Origin: Squalus acanthias
Taxonomy: Eukaryota
DNA length: 64,000 nucleotides
Assembly: GCA_030390025.1 (NCBI GenBank)
Contig: CM059428.1
Coordinates: 92,690,001 to 92,754,000, forward strand
Direction: 5' to 3'
Part shown: positions 47,415-58,945 of the stretch, one piece after another
How the letters are laid out: each line of letters starts with the position of its first letter
Position numbering within the stretch: the first letter of the stretch is position 1
Notes under the pieces: model-generated
Seen by the model: the letters and a program-made list of their open reading frames with translations, nothing else
Told to the model about the DNA's origin: nothing
The model's database searches: none
Position numbers and translations under genes: made by a program

Positions 47415-49655
47415 ACAATGTAAAAAGAAAATACAGAGACGAAGGGCGGTGCTCTACCTGGCAAGTGGCAGGAGGCCCTCATCACAAGTCTTCCACACTA
47501 TCTGGAAGGAGCTAGCACAGCAGGTCTTGGGCAGCACTGTGGTCCCCAGGACCCACACACAGTGCAGGAAGAAATTTAGCAACCTCACTCGGGTGGTCAG
47601 GGTGAGTCAATGCTTCAGCAAATGCTACATACCACCATCTGAACCATAACTTCACACACTGCCCAAAGCACCACACCCCCAGCACTCACCCACCAACTAT
47701 CTCTACCTAGCAACACTCACACCCACATCTCACACCTTGCACACAATGACTGCTATTCAACTATGGCAGGCACATCACCCAAACACATTGCTCCACACTC
47801 ACTCACACACTTTCCTTTCTCTTGCAGGCCAAGGTGGCTCACAACAGGAGGGAGCAGGAGCGCACAGGCGGGGGACAAGCCAACACCCAATCTCTGTCTG
47901 TGCTGGAGAATCAAGTGCTGCAGATTATTGGGCGGCAGGTGGTGGGCGCCGTGGCCACCGGTGACGTTGACCCCCTTGAGGACAACAATGGTATATTCAT
48001 CGCTACTCCTTCTTCTCACACCCCACTTCCCCCTCACCCCACAAGTGTTTCGCACTTTCCAGCTAATCATGCTGTACACATGCATTTCTCCCTTTCTGCA
48101 CCCCTCCCCTCACCTTAACACGACTCTTGAGCACCGGAGCAGCCTGTCCCTGAGGGCACCATAGAGAGCGAGGCAGGAGAAAAGGAAGAGGAAGAACACA
48201 CCGCGTCACTGCATCTCTCACCCGCAGACACCAGCTCAGATACTGGCACTACGCGTTCTTTAGAGGCTAGTATAGTAACGGGATCTGCACAGGGTGAGGC
48301 ACCGGGGAACGAGTGGGCTGCAGCAAGGCCAGAGGGAAAGGGTAGCTCGGGAGCCAGCTCCCCAGAAGGTGAGTTTGCGTGCAAGTTCTGCTGCACAGGA
48401 CTCAGATGAGGACCTCGATTTGGAGATGTTTAGATGAAGGGTGATGGGCATGCACACGGAGATGATAGGTGCAATGGCAAGGATGCCCGAGAGCCTCTCG
48501 GCAATGGTAAGGAGTGTGGAGGAGTCCACCTCCAGCATTGCACAAGGCTCTGCGCACATCGTGGAGCCCATCATTTGCAGTCTGCAAAGGATGGTAGACT
48601 CCCAGAGAGACCGTGGCGACCCAGACCTGATGCCGCGTGTGATGGGCAATCTGGCAGCTTCCATTGCAGCACAAGTGGAAGTGATGCAACATCTTAGTGC
48701 TGTAATGCAGTCTATGCTTGGTGGCATCCAATCTCAGACTGCTCTCATGCAGTCTCAGCTTGATGCCACGAAGCTCTGACTGCTGCCATCGTGGCTGGGT
48801 CTACCACCGTCGACCGGGGCTTTCACGGTGCCGCAGCAGGCCAGCAATCTGTGCTCCAACAGATTGGTAGTGATGCTGAGGTGCTGCCCTGGGGGAGTGG
48901 CAGTGGGTCAGTGGAGCAGGAACCTGCTGTCCTCTCTCAGGATGACAGCATTCCTGCTCCCACCACTGTCACTCCGCCATTGCCCTTGTCACTGTCTGTC
49001 ATCCAGCCAGCCCAGACAGCTGCCGCCCATGCTGAAGTGGTGCAGCCTACAGTCGGGCCTTGCAGGTCCAGAGCTAGTCGAGGGCATCCTGCAAGGCCAT
49101 CTGAAGTCTCCACCAGCCGTGCTGCAGCCATTGGGCCAACACTTCTTAGGAGCACTAGAGTAGGAAAAGGCACAATAACGAGAGGCACTAAAGGATTGCA
49201 CAAGGGTGAATAGTTAATATTTTTGCTGTAAATATGTGTTTACTGATTTTTTGATAAATTTATTAATTCACTTACCATTCTTTTGTGGTGTCTGTCATTT
49301 CAGCTTTGCGCTGTGATACAGCTTACGAGAGGGATGGAATGATGGGGATGTGGTGATCAAAGGAGATCTGGGGTTTAAGTCATCCTGCTGTGAGGCTGGA
49401 GGTCTGTTTGGAGAAGGTGGCAGAGTTCTGTGACCACCACCTTGGTGAGGCGGAGCCGTCTAATACACTGCTCCTCGCTTCATTGAAGGTAGGAGAAGTG
49501 CTCTCGGAATACCCTCGAAGGGTAAGGCCTCCTGGTGAGAGTCCTGATGTCCCTCCTCAAATCTCTGCACACATGTTCCCGTATTTCTGGCTGCCTACAC
49601 TCCCTCCACCATAGATCCTGGAGGGCGAGGTGGCATGTCAGTACAGCCCCTATTA
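47415..49655. mobile_element. Second, deleted copy of the 42291-46057 Harbinger family (Myb/SANT gene on +, transposase 5' remnant on - at ~49385-49655)
   Basis: RRRAVLY..QCRKKFSNLTRVVR|GTGAGT; AKVAHNRREQERTGGG; SQRDRGDPDLMPRV shared with the first copy; RRPYPSRVFREHFSYL on minus. Confidence 0.88.
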
Positions 49656-49664
49656 ATGTTACTA

Positions 49665-50160
49665 AAGGCCCCAAAAAAGTTAGCGCCCCCGCGCCCGAAA
49701 TTGAATGGTAGCGCCCCAAGCAGGAGGCGGGGCGCTACTGGAAGCGCTCGAGAGGAGTGCCGGGCTGACCGATCGCGGCCGGCACCCCGCAGGAGGAGGC
49801 AAAAGGGGGCAGGTGCTGGCAGGCGGCCCAAAAAGAAAGGCTGCCCGGCACCTGCCCTTTAATTTGCGCTGCCCCAGCCGCAAACATGGCACCCTGACCC
49901 TGTCGGACATAGCATCCGGTGGTAGGTCAGGGGGCGCGATCAAAGTATGCGGTCGGGGCGCTACGAGGCGCTGCACACGGTGATGATGTCATCGCTGGAG
50001 ACGCAGCACCACGGGGAGCTACCGGCTGCCGCCGCTAACCTCCCACTAAATTTCGCGGGAGGCGTTAGCGGCACCGTGCCTGGGCGCTAGGTGCTTTTTG
50101 CCCCCTTATCGTGCCCTCGGGGCATTAACGGGAGGCGCAAAGCAACCCAATTTTTCCCCC
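49665..50160. mobile_element. Harbinger MITE (family of 1766-2462) lacking its left TIR
   Basis: Collinear similarity with 1820-2462; ends CCAATTTTTCCCCC. Confidence 0.85.
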
Positions 50161-50297
50161 TCAGTGTAGAAGTTTGAATCTTTGAAGAATAAATGTAGCT
50201 ACTTTTAAGTTGCCAGAAGACTCCTGATACAAAACTACCTTCAAATTACAGAATGAAACTGTTGCAGGGGGTGAAACTGACAAGAAACCATTGAAAC

Positions 50298-50862
50298 ACT
50301 GAGTGTCTCACCTCCTGACTCTATAAGACAGAAGTAAGGAGTGTGATGGAATACTCTCCACTTGCCTGGATGAGTGCAGCTCCAACAACACTCAAGAAGC
50401 TTGATACCATCCAAGACAAAGCAGCCCGTTTGATTGGTACCCCCATCCACCACCTTAAACATTCACTCCCTCCACCACCGGCGTACCGTGGATGCAGGTG
50501 TACCATCTACAAGATGCGCTGCAGAAACTTGCCAAGGCTTCTTCGGCAGCACCTCCCAAACCCGCGACCTGTACCACCTAGAAGGACAAGGGCAGCAGGT
50601 GCATGGGAACACCACCACCTCCAAGTTCCCCTCCAAGTCACACACCATCCTGACTTGGAAGTATATCGCCGATCCTTCATCGTCGCTGGGTCAAAATCCT
50701 GGAACTCCCTCCCTAACAGCACTGTGGGAGTACCTTCACCGCACGGGACTGCAGCAGTTCAAGAAGGCAGCTCACCACCACCTTCTCAAGGGCAACTAGG
50801 GATGGGCAATAAATGCTGGCCTTGCCAGCGACGCCCACATCCCGTGAACGAATTAAAAAAAA
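50298..50862 (+). mobile_element. 5'-truncated LINE 3' end (same family as 25945-28783)
   Basis: MEYSPLAWMSAAPTTLKKLDTIQDKAARLIG; conserved 3' tail and poly-A. Confidence 0.92.
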
Positions 50863-50879
50863 GGAACTGCACTAACCTG

Positions 50880-51232
50880 ACAGCTGCGAGTGATGACTGA
50901 TGATCGCTTTAAATAACATTCCTGGAGCCGGCTTCCTGGTGCTGCACGCCAGCTCTCACTGTCGGTCCTTACTCCAGGCACTGAGGTAGGTGGCGACAAT
51001 CAGTTTAGCAAATCGGGCAGTCAGTGAGCGTTGCACACTCACTGATGTCACGATGTACCTGCTGTTGATGTTCCCGACGAAACCTCTTACTGGTGGCGCT
51101 GCGGGGGGGGGGGGGGGCTGGATTTGCCATTCGGTGCTTCATTCACCTCGCCCCGGCAATGCTGCTCCCGCGCCCCCATTAGCACCATCTACTGGCACTA
51201 ACAGGAGACGCTAATGGGACAAATTTTCCCCC
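50880..51232. mobile_element. Right end of another Harbinger-type MITE
   Basis: CCCCATTAGCACC..GGCACTAACAGGAGACGC..AAATTTTCCCCC matches the right-end architecture at 2400-2462 and 54630-54693. Confidence 0.7.
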
Positions 51233-53799
51233 TATATCTTTCCCTTGGAAATTGAGTTTAAGTTCTAAACAATATTTGAAAGGAGATATAAGTAAAAGTT
51301 TTCCTGATACACGTTGCACAACTGGGATCTTATTTGAATAACTGTATATTTTGATATTTCAACAAGCCTGAGGGAAAAAAAATGAAAGAGCATATTATGT
51401 AGGTTACAGGTCCAGCCTGTAGAAGCCAATAAAAACAATGCTGTCTCTTTAACAAGTACATCAGTGCAGGCCAAAACCAGTTCTTTCGTGTCTAGTGTCT
51501 CTAAATGATTTCTGTACTGCTGCAGTCCTGTGCAAAGCTTTCTAAACTTAAAGAGGAAATGAGCAGTGTGTCTCCCTAGTGATTGCATCCCACCATTAGG
51601 AATGAGTAACAGGTCAGCCCCCTCTAAGTGCCATTCACAATTTGCTGACATCAGCACTCATTCATGAGACTGGGCCTTGTTTTCAGACTGCAGTAATGCG
51701 AAGAGACACGTGAAGCAGCTGAGTTTATAGAAAAGGGCAGGAGCTGCTGTGTGCTGTGTACACATTCCCACACAGCCTGCAAGCTCATTCACATTGAAAA
51801 TAAGCAGAGAGGGGAAAAAAAACAACCACTTTTCAAAACATAATCTTGCTGATACACAGCAGACACTTTGTGGACATTTCGAGTGCTGGATTTCATTTTA
51901 GTCTGTGTGCTCTCGTTTGCTAATTTTGAGAAGAGAAAAACTAGTTGAGGATTCAGATGCCTTTTCTTTTAACACTCATTAAGATAGCAGAAAAATTAAA
52001 GAAGTTTTAAATAAAAGCAAATTTTCCATAACAGCTTTTTAATATTTGCCCAGGAGTATGAAACTGTGTCACAACATTGTAGTTGTGAAATGTGTCGTCC
52101 ATGAAATTAATTTTCAGGTTTGATTTTTAGTATCAAGTGCGGGCAAAAAGTGTTCACTAGCTGATGTAATATGATTCTGTGAGGATTCCAAGTACCGCCG
52201 TGTGTAGCATATCTTTAGGAGAAGAAAGGATTTGCTGAATTTAGCAAGAGACGTGCAGTTCAGAACGGTGAAACCTGAAGATACTACGTGATTAGGATCA
52301 TTCGTTTTCTTTTTTTTCCTCTCCATAATCAGGAGTGTATAGGCCAGCTGGGTTCAGTTCACAAGAGTGTGTCCATACGCTCACCAAGCCTTACTTATTG
52401 CCAGGAGACTATGGGGAAGTCCGACTTCCTTGGTAAAGCCAATATGTTCGACATATGGCAATACTTCTCAGGAAACTTCCAACCTGCCTGCGCTTTCCTT
52501 CCATGCAGAGCTGCCAAATTTCAGTTAATAAGGAAACATGAGAGTTAAAGAACGCTGCAGCCCCAGAATTCAGATATATCATGTGCTGAAGGTTCACCGT
52601 ACACTCCTAATAAAGACAAAGTGAAGAGGACTCCGGTTTGTTCCTGCCTCATGTGTAGTATGTGAGACATCTAAATGCACCTTCTTGTAGTTAACAATTA
52701 CCAGGCTATGTTGAGAGATTTTAAACAGAAAAGAGCTGGCTTTATATTGTACAGTGTTATGATTTTGTTTCAGCGCACAGATGAGTGGTAATGTTTGAGG
52801 TTAACTCCAACTACTGGATTTTGCTGCAGGTTTTAAAATGTGTAATTTTTTTGTTGTGTGATACTGGTTACAAAATGTTTACATAGCTTTACAAAAAAAA
52901 CTACTTTTTCTCCCTTCCACCCCTGCCATACAACATTTGCTATTTTTCAGTTGAGAGAACAGGCAAGCAACCAACTTTTGGCTATGTCATGGTTGCTTAT
53001 TCTCTCACAGAGAGCAAAAAGTTAGTGAATAATTCTGAAACGCCTTCTTTGTCTTCTCATCTCCTGCTAAACTGGATACTTGCAGTCCAGTCATAACTCA
53101 CATTGACCCAGTAAAGGCAAACTGAATGGCATCAATCCAAGTTTTATGCATTATATTCTACTTAATCATGGAATAAGCATTCTCTGCAACTGTAGTTCAG
53201 ATTGTCTTGAATTAACAATAATCAAATGCCACCAAATTCAAGTTTTACAGGAGGATTTTTTTTGAAAGCTCTCATGATGTGATGTTTCACCACCAGCTAA
53301 GTACTGGTATGAAGCCAGTGTGGAAGTCTCTTCAGAGCTGGTGGTACTGAGCACCATCTGCCTGATTTGCATTTGGATAAATACACATCCAAATTTCAGA
53401 ACCTGAGTTGTATAATAAATTAAGGACTCTCCCACATCACTCATGCCAAGTGATAACACAGGACAAATTTTCTGTCCAGCAGGATTGATTCTGTTTCATT
53501 TTTGTTGACTCTCACCATTATACATAAGAATGCCCAGTGGGACCGCCTTCCAGGGAATGTGAGGCTGTCATTTTTGAACACTCCTCCAGTTTGGGTTCTC
53601 CCCTTATATACTCCGCCATCTTATCGGATAAGCACAGAAGTAACCTTCAGATATTGCAAGTTGAAGGAGCACATACAAAGTAACAGACATGTGCCCAACA
53701 TGCAACCAACCTTTGTGTCAACAAGTGAACTGCATCATGCCGCTAGGTTGTTTACAGTGCTTTTATGTGTGAAACCCTTGGAAGCTGTCAATATTCCAA

Positions 53800-54301
53800 G
53801 GGGGAAAAATTCAGTATCGCCCCGTTTGGGGCGCAATTATCGGCCGTGCGCAAAGTATAGCGCCTGGCGCTAATTATCGCCTCCGACTGCAAACTTGGCT
53901 TTTATCGCCCCTGGAGGTGAGTGGAGCGCTAAATCAGGCGCTTCACACCTGTCTTAAGGCGCAAAGGCCGAGGAGCGAGGCGCTACCTCAGAGCGCTGGC
54001 GAAGCTCATGTGATGCCAGTTAGCAATGGAACACAGACACAATGGCGCCGGCCAGTTCTTAAAGGGGAGGGTTGATCTTGCTCTACATCCACATCCTGCT
54101 CATTGCAGCCTTGAATCTCGGCCTGGAGAGACCTGTACATCAAATCTGCTGGAAAGAACAATGGAGAGAACCAGGGAAAGAGCTCAGAGTGCAGCCCCCA
54201 CAGTCTCTTCTAAATCGATACAAGGAAGGGCAAATCAAAATGAACCTGCAAACTGCTGCTCAGTACCCAAAACTCCTTCACACAGCGTTGAATTTCTCCA
54301 G

Positions 54302-54336
<35 letters not shown>

Positions 54337-54693
54337 AATGCATGGTTCAAAAATGTCACCAACAAAAAAAGGCAGGAAGCGGTCGCCTTTAAATAGCGCT
54401 CCCCCGGTCCCTTCCTGACTGCAAAACGCTCCCCTCAACCTGTCGTTGCTAGCGGCAGGTGGTAAGGCAGGGGGCGCCACTCAATATCCGCTCCGGGGCG
54501 TTGCGCACTCGACTGACGTCATGATCTGCTGGCCCAGGAGATCGTGGCGGTAGTGTTTAGCGCCGCCGCAAAATGTCTAGTTAATTTTGCGAGTGGTGCA
54601 AACATCGCCGCGCCCGGGCGCTAGTTGCTTTGCGCCCCATTAGCGCCCTCTTAAGGCGCCAACGGGAGGTGCAACTAACTGAATTTTTCCCCC
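53800..54693. mobile_element. Complete Harbinger MITE (894 bp) with internal (TC)n
   Basis: Perfect 16-bp TIR GGGGGAAAAATTCAGT; 3-bp TSD CAA; both ends resemble 42291-46057. Confidence 0.93.
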
Positions 54694-54719
54694 CAAGGCT
54701 TTCAGCTTGTAGTATTTTA

Positions 54720-55152
54720 GTTTTTTTATTATTCATTGTCTGGATGTGAGCATCATTGGCAAGGCCGGCATTTATTGCACATCCTCAGTTGCCCTGAGAA
54801 GGTGGCCACTTCTTGAACCACGGGTAGCGGTTTGATGCAATTGAGTGCCTTGCTAGGCCATTTCAGAGAGCAGTTGAGAGTCAACCATGTTAGTGTAGGA
54901 CTGGACTCACATTTTTGCCAGTCCAGGTAAAGCCAGAAGGTTTCCTTTCCTAAAGGGCATTAGTGAACCAGCTGGGTTTTTCCAACAATCTGACAGATTC
55001 ATGGTCACTTTTATTGATACTAGAATTTTATTTCCAGATTCTTATTAAACTGAATTCAAATTCTTAAACTGCCATGGTGGGATTTGAACTCATGTTCGCT
55101 AGATTATTAGTCTAGACCTCTAGATTACTAATCCAGTAAAATAACCACTAAA
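54720..55152 (-). mobile_element. Full-length tRNA-derived SINE with a 3' tail shared with the 25945-28783 LINE
   Basis: Minus strand: TAGTGGTTA head, GAGTTCAAATCCC B box; 54720-54820 matches the LINE end at 25945-26050. Confidence 0.85.
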
Positions 55153-55735
55153 ACACGCATTTTAATGAGTCCACTGCTGAAGTATGGGTAAGCAATGAAA
55201 GAGCTGTGAGGTGGCGTGAGGGCTTAACATGGACCAACAGTAATTGTGCAACAGGTTGACAGGCAATACTTGGACCATCTACCTGGTAATTGGTGTTGTT
55301 AGATCATTTTACGTTGGCAACCTTCGTAATTTGTGTCATCTTCTTCCACATTTACTCCCTGGCTATTGGCCTTGGTTTCCACCTACCACCAGCATGAACC
55401 ACTGCTGCCTACTAGATTTCCAGGAGGCCAAACAGGGCAGGCCTCATAACATGTCTCATGCAGCAGCAATTCCATTTTGCCATCATCCTGGAGTCTGGGG
55501 ATTGTCTCGCTCTGTGGTTTGCCCACACAGTTGGATTCCTGCATGCATGTTTATTTTTGCCTGTCACTGGCTTTGCTCCATCAGCCTTTGCAAAGGCTGA
55601 AAAATGAATGTGAAATATTTGCAGCCTTTGTAAAGACTGCGACAATCTTTAGTCCCACATATACTCATTACTTCACCTTTAATTGGCTGTATCTCTTTAA
55701 ATTTTAGTAACAACCCTTAAGGGCTGCAGACACAT

Positions 55736-57090
55736 GGGGGTGAAATTGGACTTTGTTGTACCTGTTTGCCGGGCAGAAAATGGGGGGACAGAGGTCCAAT
55801 TTAGTGGGTCAATCTCCTGCACCCGAACAGCGTCGGAAACACGTCCGATGACATATTGATTCGGCCGCTGTAGAGGCATCCATGGTGTCAGTTCATAATT
55901 AGGGTGATCATATTTTCTAATCTGAATCCGGGGACAAACAGGTTGGGAGCACAGCAAAGTAGCCAGGACGCGTTTCAAGAAAACCGGAATGATGACTTTG
56001 TTGCTTCTGCTAGTGGAATATGCGTAGAGACAACGCCATTTTCACTTTACACCGAATCTCGAATCTTGCTTGTGTTCCGGCAATAGTGCTGTCCCATCTA
56101 TACTCGTCCCCGAATACCCTAAATTTTAATTTCTCAACTTTAAATCTGTTCCAAACAGACTGAGATTTTCCATATAAGGTGTGAAACACCCTGTCTCGGA
56201 AGGTTTCTGAAACCTTCCCAGTGGGAGAATTTAGAGCTTGCCTTATTTAGTAAAAAAAAACACGATGCACCATGCTAATCTGACGTAAAGTAAATTACTC
56301 ACCCACCAGCTCTCACTGCGCCACCAGCTTCTCCCGCGCATTTTAAAGGTTCCGTCCTCCAGCCAGTCACTATTGGCCAAAACATGGGGTCAGGTGACTC
56401 AATCCCCCAGACTGCAGTGCGGCCCGAGCTATTGACGGGACCTTTTCTCCGCCGCGCTGCATTATGGGAAGGCAGGGTCGCCATTGTCGCCTCCGTTCAA
56501 CAGGCTCCTGGAATCCGTTCCTGAGCTCAAACTGGGCAGGAATGGGCCGAGAATCTCCCCACCAGGGTTTCTGGACATTCGTGTTTAAAAAAACAAAGAC
56601 TCTATACGGGGGGCAGGTTTTCTGAACCGGGGACTTTGCTGGGGATACTGTTTGCCCTGGGACACCGTACCTAATCCGGGGACTGTCCCTCGAAAATGGG
56701 GACGTATGGTCAACCTATTCATAACAGGCGTTAGGCCCAGTGACTATAATAATATGGGGCCTAATGCCTGTTTAGGACTCCTTTACCAAATTGGTCAAAA
56801 ACTAGACGGAGCATGCACTGCGCAATTTCTGTCAGTTTTTCATGTTGTACAGCAGCCTAACCAGTGGTCCTTATAGGCCGCCGATACCAGGTAAGTTTCA
56901 ACCTTTTAAAACGTACCTTAATGTAGAGCCAGGGGGATCAGGAGAGCTCCTCCTGCCATCAGGGCAATGCTGTCAGCTGCTGCCAGCCTGTGCTCGGCCA
57001 CTTCCTAATCACTTCCCCAACCCCCCTCATCCCAGGACCTATCTGAGGGCCAGAGCCAGCATCGCAGTGCCATAAAATTCATCTTGGCTT
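55736..57090. mobile_element. Old Harbinger-type non-autonomous element interrupted by a hAT insertion
   Basis: Starts GGGGGTGAAATTGG; resumes after the hAT TSD at 56726; right boundary approximate. Confidence 0.45.
55900..56717. mobile_element. hAT (Tip100-like) non-autonomous element, 818 bp
   Basis: TIRs TAGGGTGATCATA / TATGGTCAACCTA; 8-bp TSD TTCATAAT / TTCATAAC; subterminal GGGAC(A) repeats. Confidence 0.85.
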
Positions 57091-57711
57091 TGCCAGCGAG
57101 CGACATAGGTGTCTGCAGTGCGCCAGACTTAGTCAAATGTCCCACTCCCCCTAGGGTTGCTAATTCTAGTTGGACATATTCCTGGAAGATGTCATCACAT
57201 GACCTCCTGCCTCCAACCACCCTGCCTCCACACTCCTGCCATTGGTCGTCCAACATGCCCATACTTGTGGTGCACCACCTTCCTACACCAACTGGAAAGC
57301 AGATAGACTCTTCGGGGGGAATTTTAACCACCCCAGGACAGGCAGGACCGTGTTGGGGGGTGGGGGGGGTGCGGGGGTGGCATCTTTGACATGGTTAAAA
57401 ATGGGAAACCTGATCCAACCCGTCGCGAACACTCCTACTTCCAGTTAAACCACGGCGGGTTTGAGGTCAGCCGAGTAACTCACTCTCGTAATTATAATAT
57501 TTAAATGAGGCTCCATGCCTCAGATTTTGTCAGCAATTTGGAATTAACGTCTCCAGCAAGGGTTTCCCAGGGCTTGGGGAAACCAGCAGCTATGGGGAGA
57601 TGGAAGCTGCCAGATCCAGCAGGTAAGTGCTTTTCCAGCACTGCTTGTGGGCCAGGTGAAGCAGGAGTGCTTCCCCCGCCCCCCACCCACCCCCGATGAA
57701 CTGCCTCCATC

Positions 57712-58192
57712 CCCGTGATCTGATCTCTCTCCCCCATGATCTCTCTCTTTCCCGCAATCTCTCTCTCCCTGACATTGATCTCTCCCCCACGATCTCACCC
57801 GTGCGATCTCTCTACCTCCCCTGCGATCGCTCTCTCTCCCCCAAGTTCTCTCTCCCCATGATCTCTTTCTGTCCCCATGATCTCTCTCTCTCCCCGCGAT
57901 CTCTCTCTCCCTGCGATCGCTCTCTCACCCCGCGATCATGCTCGCTCCTGCGAACTCACTCTCTCCCCGCGATCTCGCTCTCCCCCAATTTCTGCCCGTG
58001 GTCTCTCCCTGCAATCTCTCTCTCCACGTGATATCTCTCCCGCCGCAATCTCCCTCTCCCCGCGATCTCTCCCCCGCAATATCTCTCTCCCCACGATCTC
58101 CCTCTCCCCGCAATCTCTCCTCCGTGATATCTCTCTCCCCACAATCACTCTCTCCCCTATGATCTCGCTCTCCCCGCAATCTCTCTCTCCCT
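57712..58192. repeat. Degenerate ~17-bp minisatellite (GATCTCTCTCTCCCCGC)n at the end of a non-autonomous element starting ~57314
   Basis: More than 20 visible variant units; strong pyrimidine strand bias. Confidence 0.9.
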
Positions 58193-58850
58193 GTGGGATG
58201 CTGGCTGCTGCTTTCTAGTAGATTAAAGCAACTAATGTATTTTACAATTATATAGTAATATGAAGCACAAAAATTTGCATTTACACTAATGAAGTCTGTG
58301 ATGAATCAGTGACACTTTGTAAAACAGCTTTAAATTAAGTATAAGAATCACATTCACTGCAACAAATAAAGTTCTGTTTTTGAATGGCGAATGTAACCTG
58401 TTTAATCTTCTTGCATATCTTCGGCATTAAATTATCCCATTGAAACTGAGCTTTTTATTCTGATTAAGCATCATCTATCTGTTATATGTTTAATTTGGTA
58501 TGTGGGGCCCACATTTCATTGAAAACTTGTTTTAAGTTTCTCTGCAATACATGTTTCTATTGTAGCAGAGGAGCCCACAGTATCTTTCCTCTGGTAATTT
58601 GAATTTGGAAAGCTCTAATTACCACCTGTGTTTTGTTGATAGTAATTAGAGTATTTACATTTTCTTGTAGCTATGAATGAAAGGGAGAGAGAGACAGAGA
58701 AAAATAGAGAGATATAAAGAAATTAATCACAAAACAGCAAATTCCATGTTTACAATGATCCCTTAATGCTGCTGGACATGAGATTTCTGGTCCCAACCAA
58801 TGCTGTCAGGCCCATGCCATGCCCTTCCTCTCACTGCTGACAGACACTAA

Positions 58851-58945
58851 GGGTAGATTTTGACTTTGTGCGATAGTGTAAAACAGGTGATAGCGAATCG
58901 GCAGCCCGTTTTACATCTCTCCCGATTTTTATTTCCATTGACTCA
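58851..58945. repeat. Half of a palindromic mini-element (further halves at ~12325-12415 and ~59600-59691)
   Basis: GTGATAGCGAATCGGCAGCCCGTTTTACATCTCTCCCGATTTTTATTTCCATTGAC, shared with 12355-12410 and 18636-18690. Confidence 0.8.

Noticed and set aside
55060-55152. tRNA gene (also heads at ~7875 and ~46553)
   Set aside because: A/B-box-like motifs continue into SINE bodies, with no convincing cloverleaf.
57712-58192. CRISPR-like array, or RS/GER-rich coding region
   Set aside because: Tandem degenerate units without unique spacers, eukaryotic context; the ORFs are by-products of the repeat.
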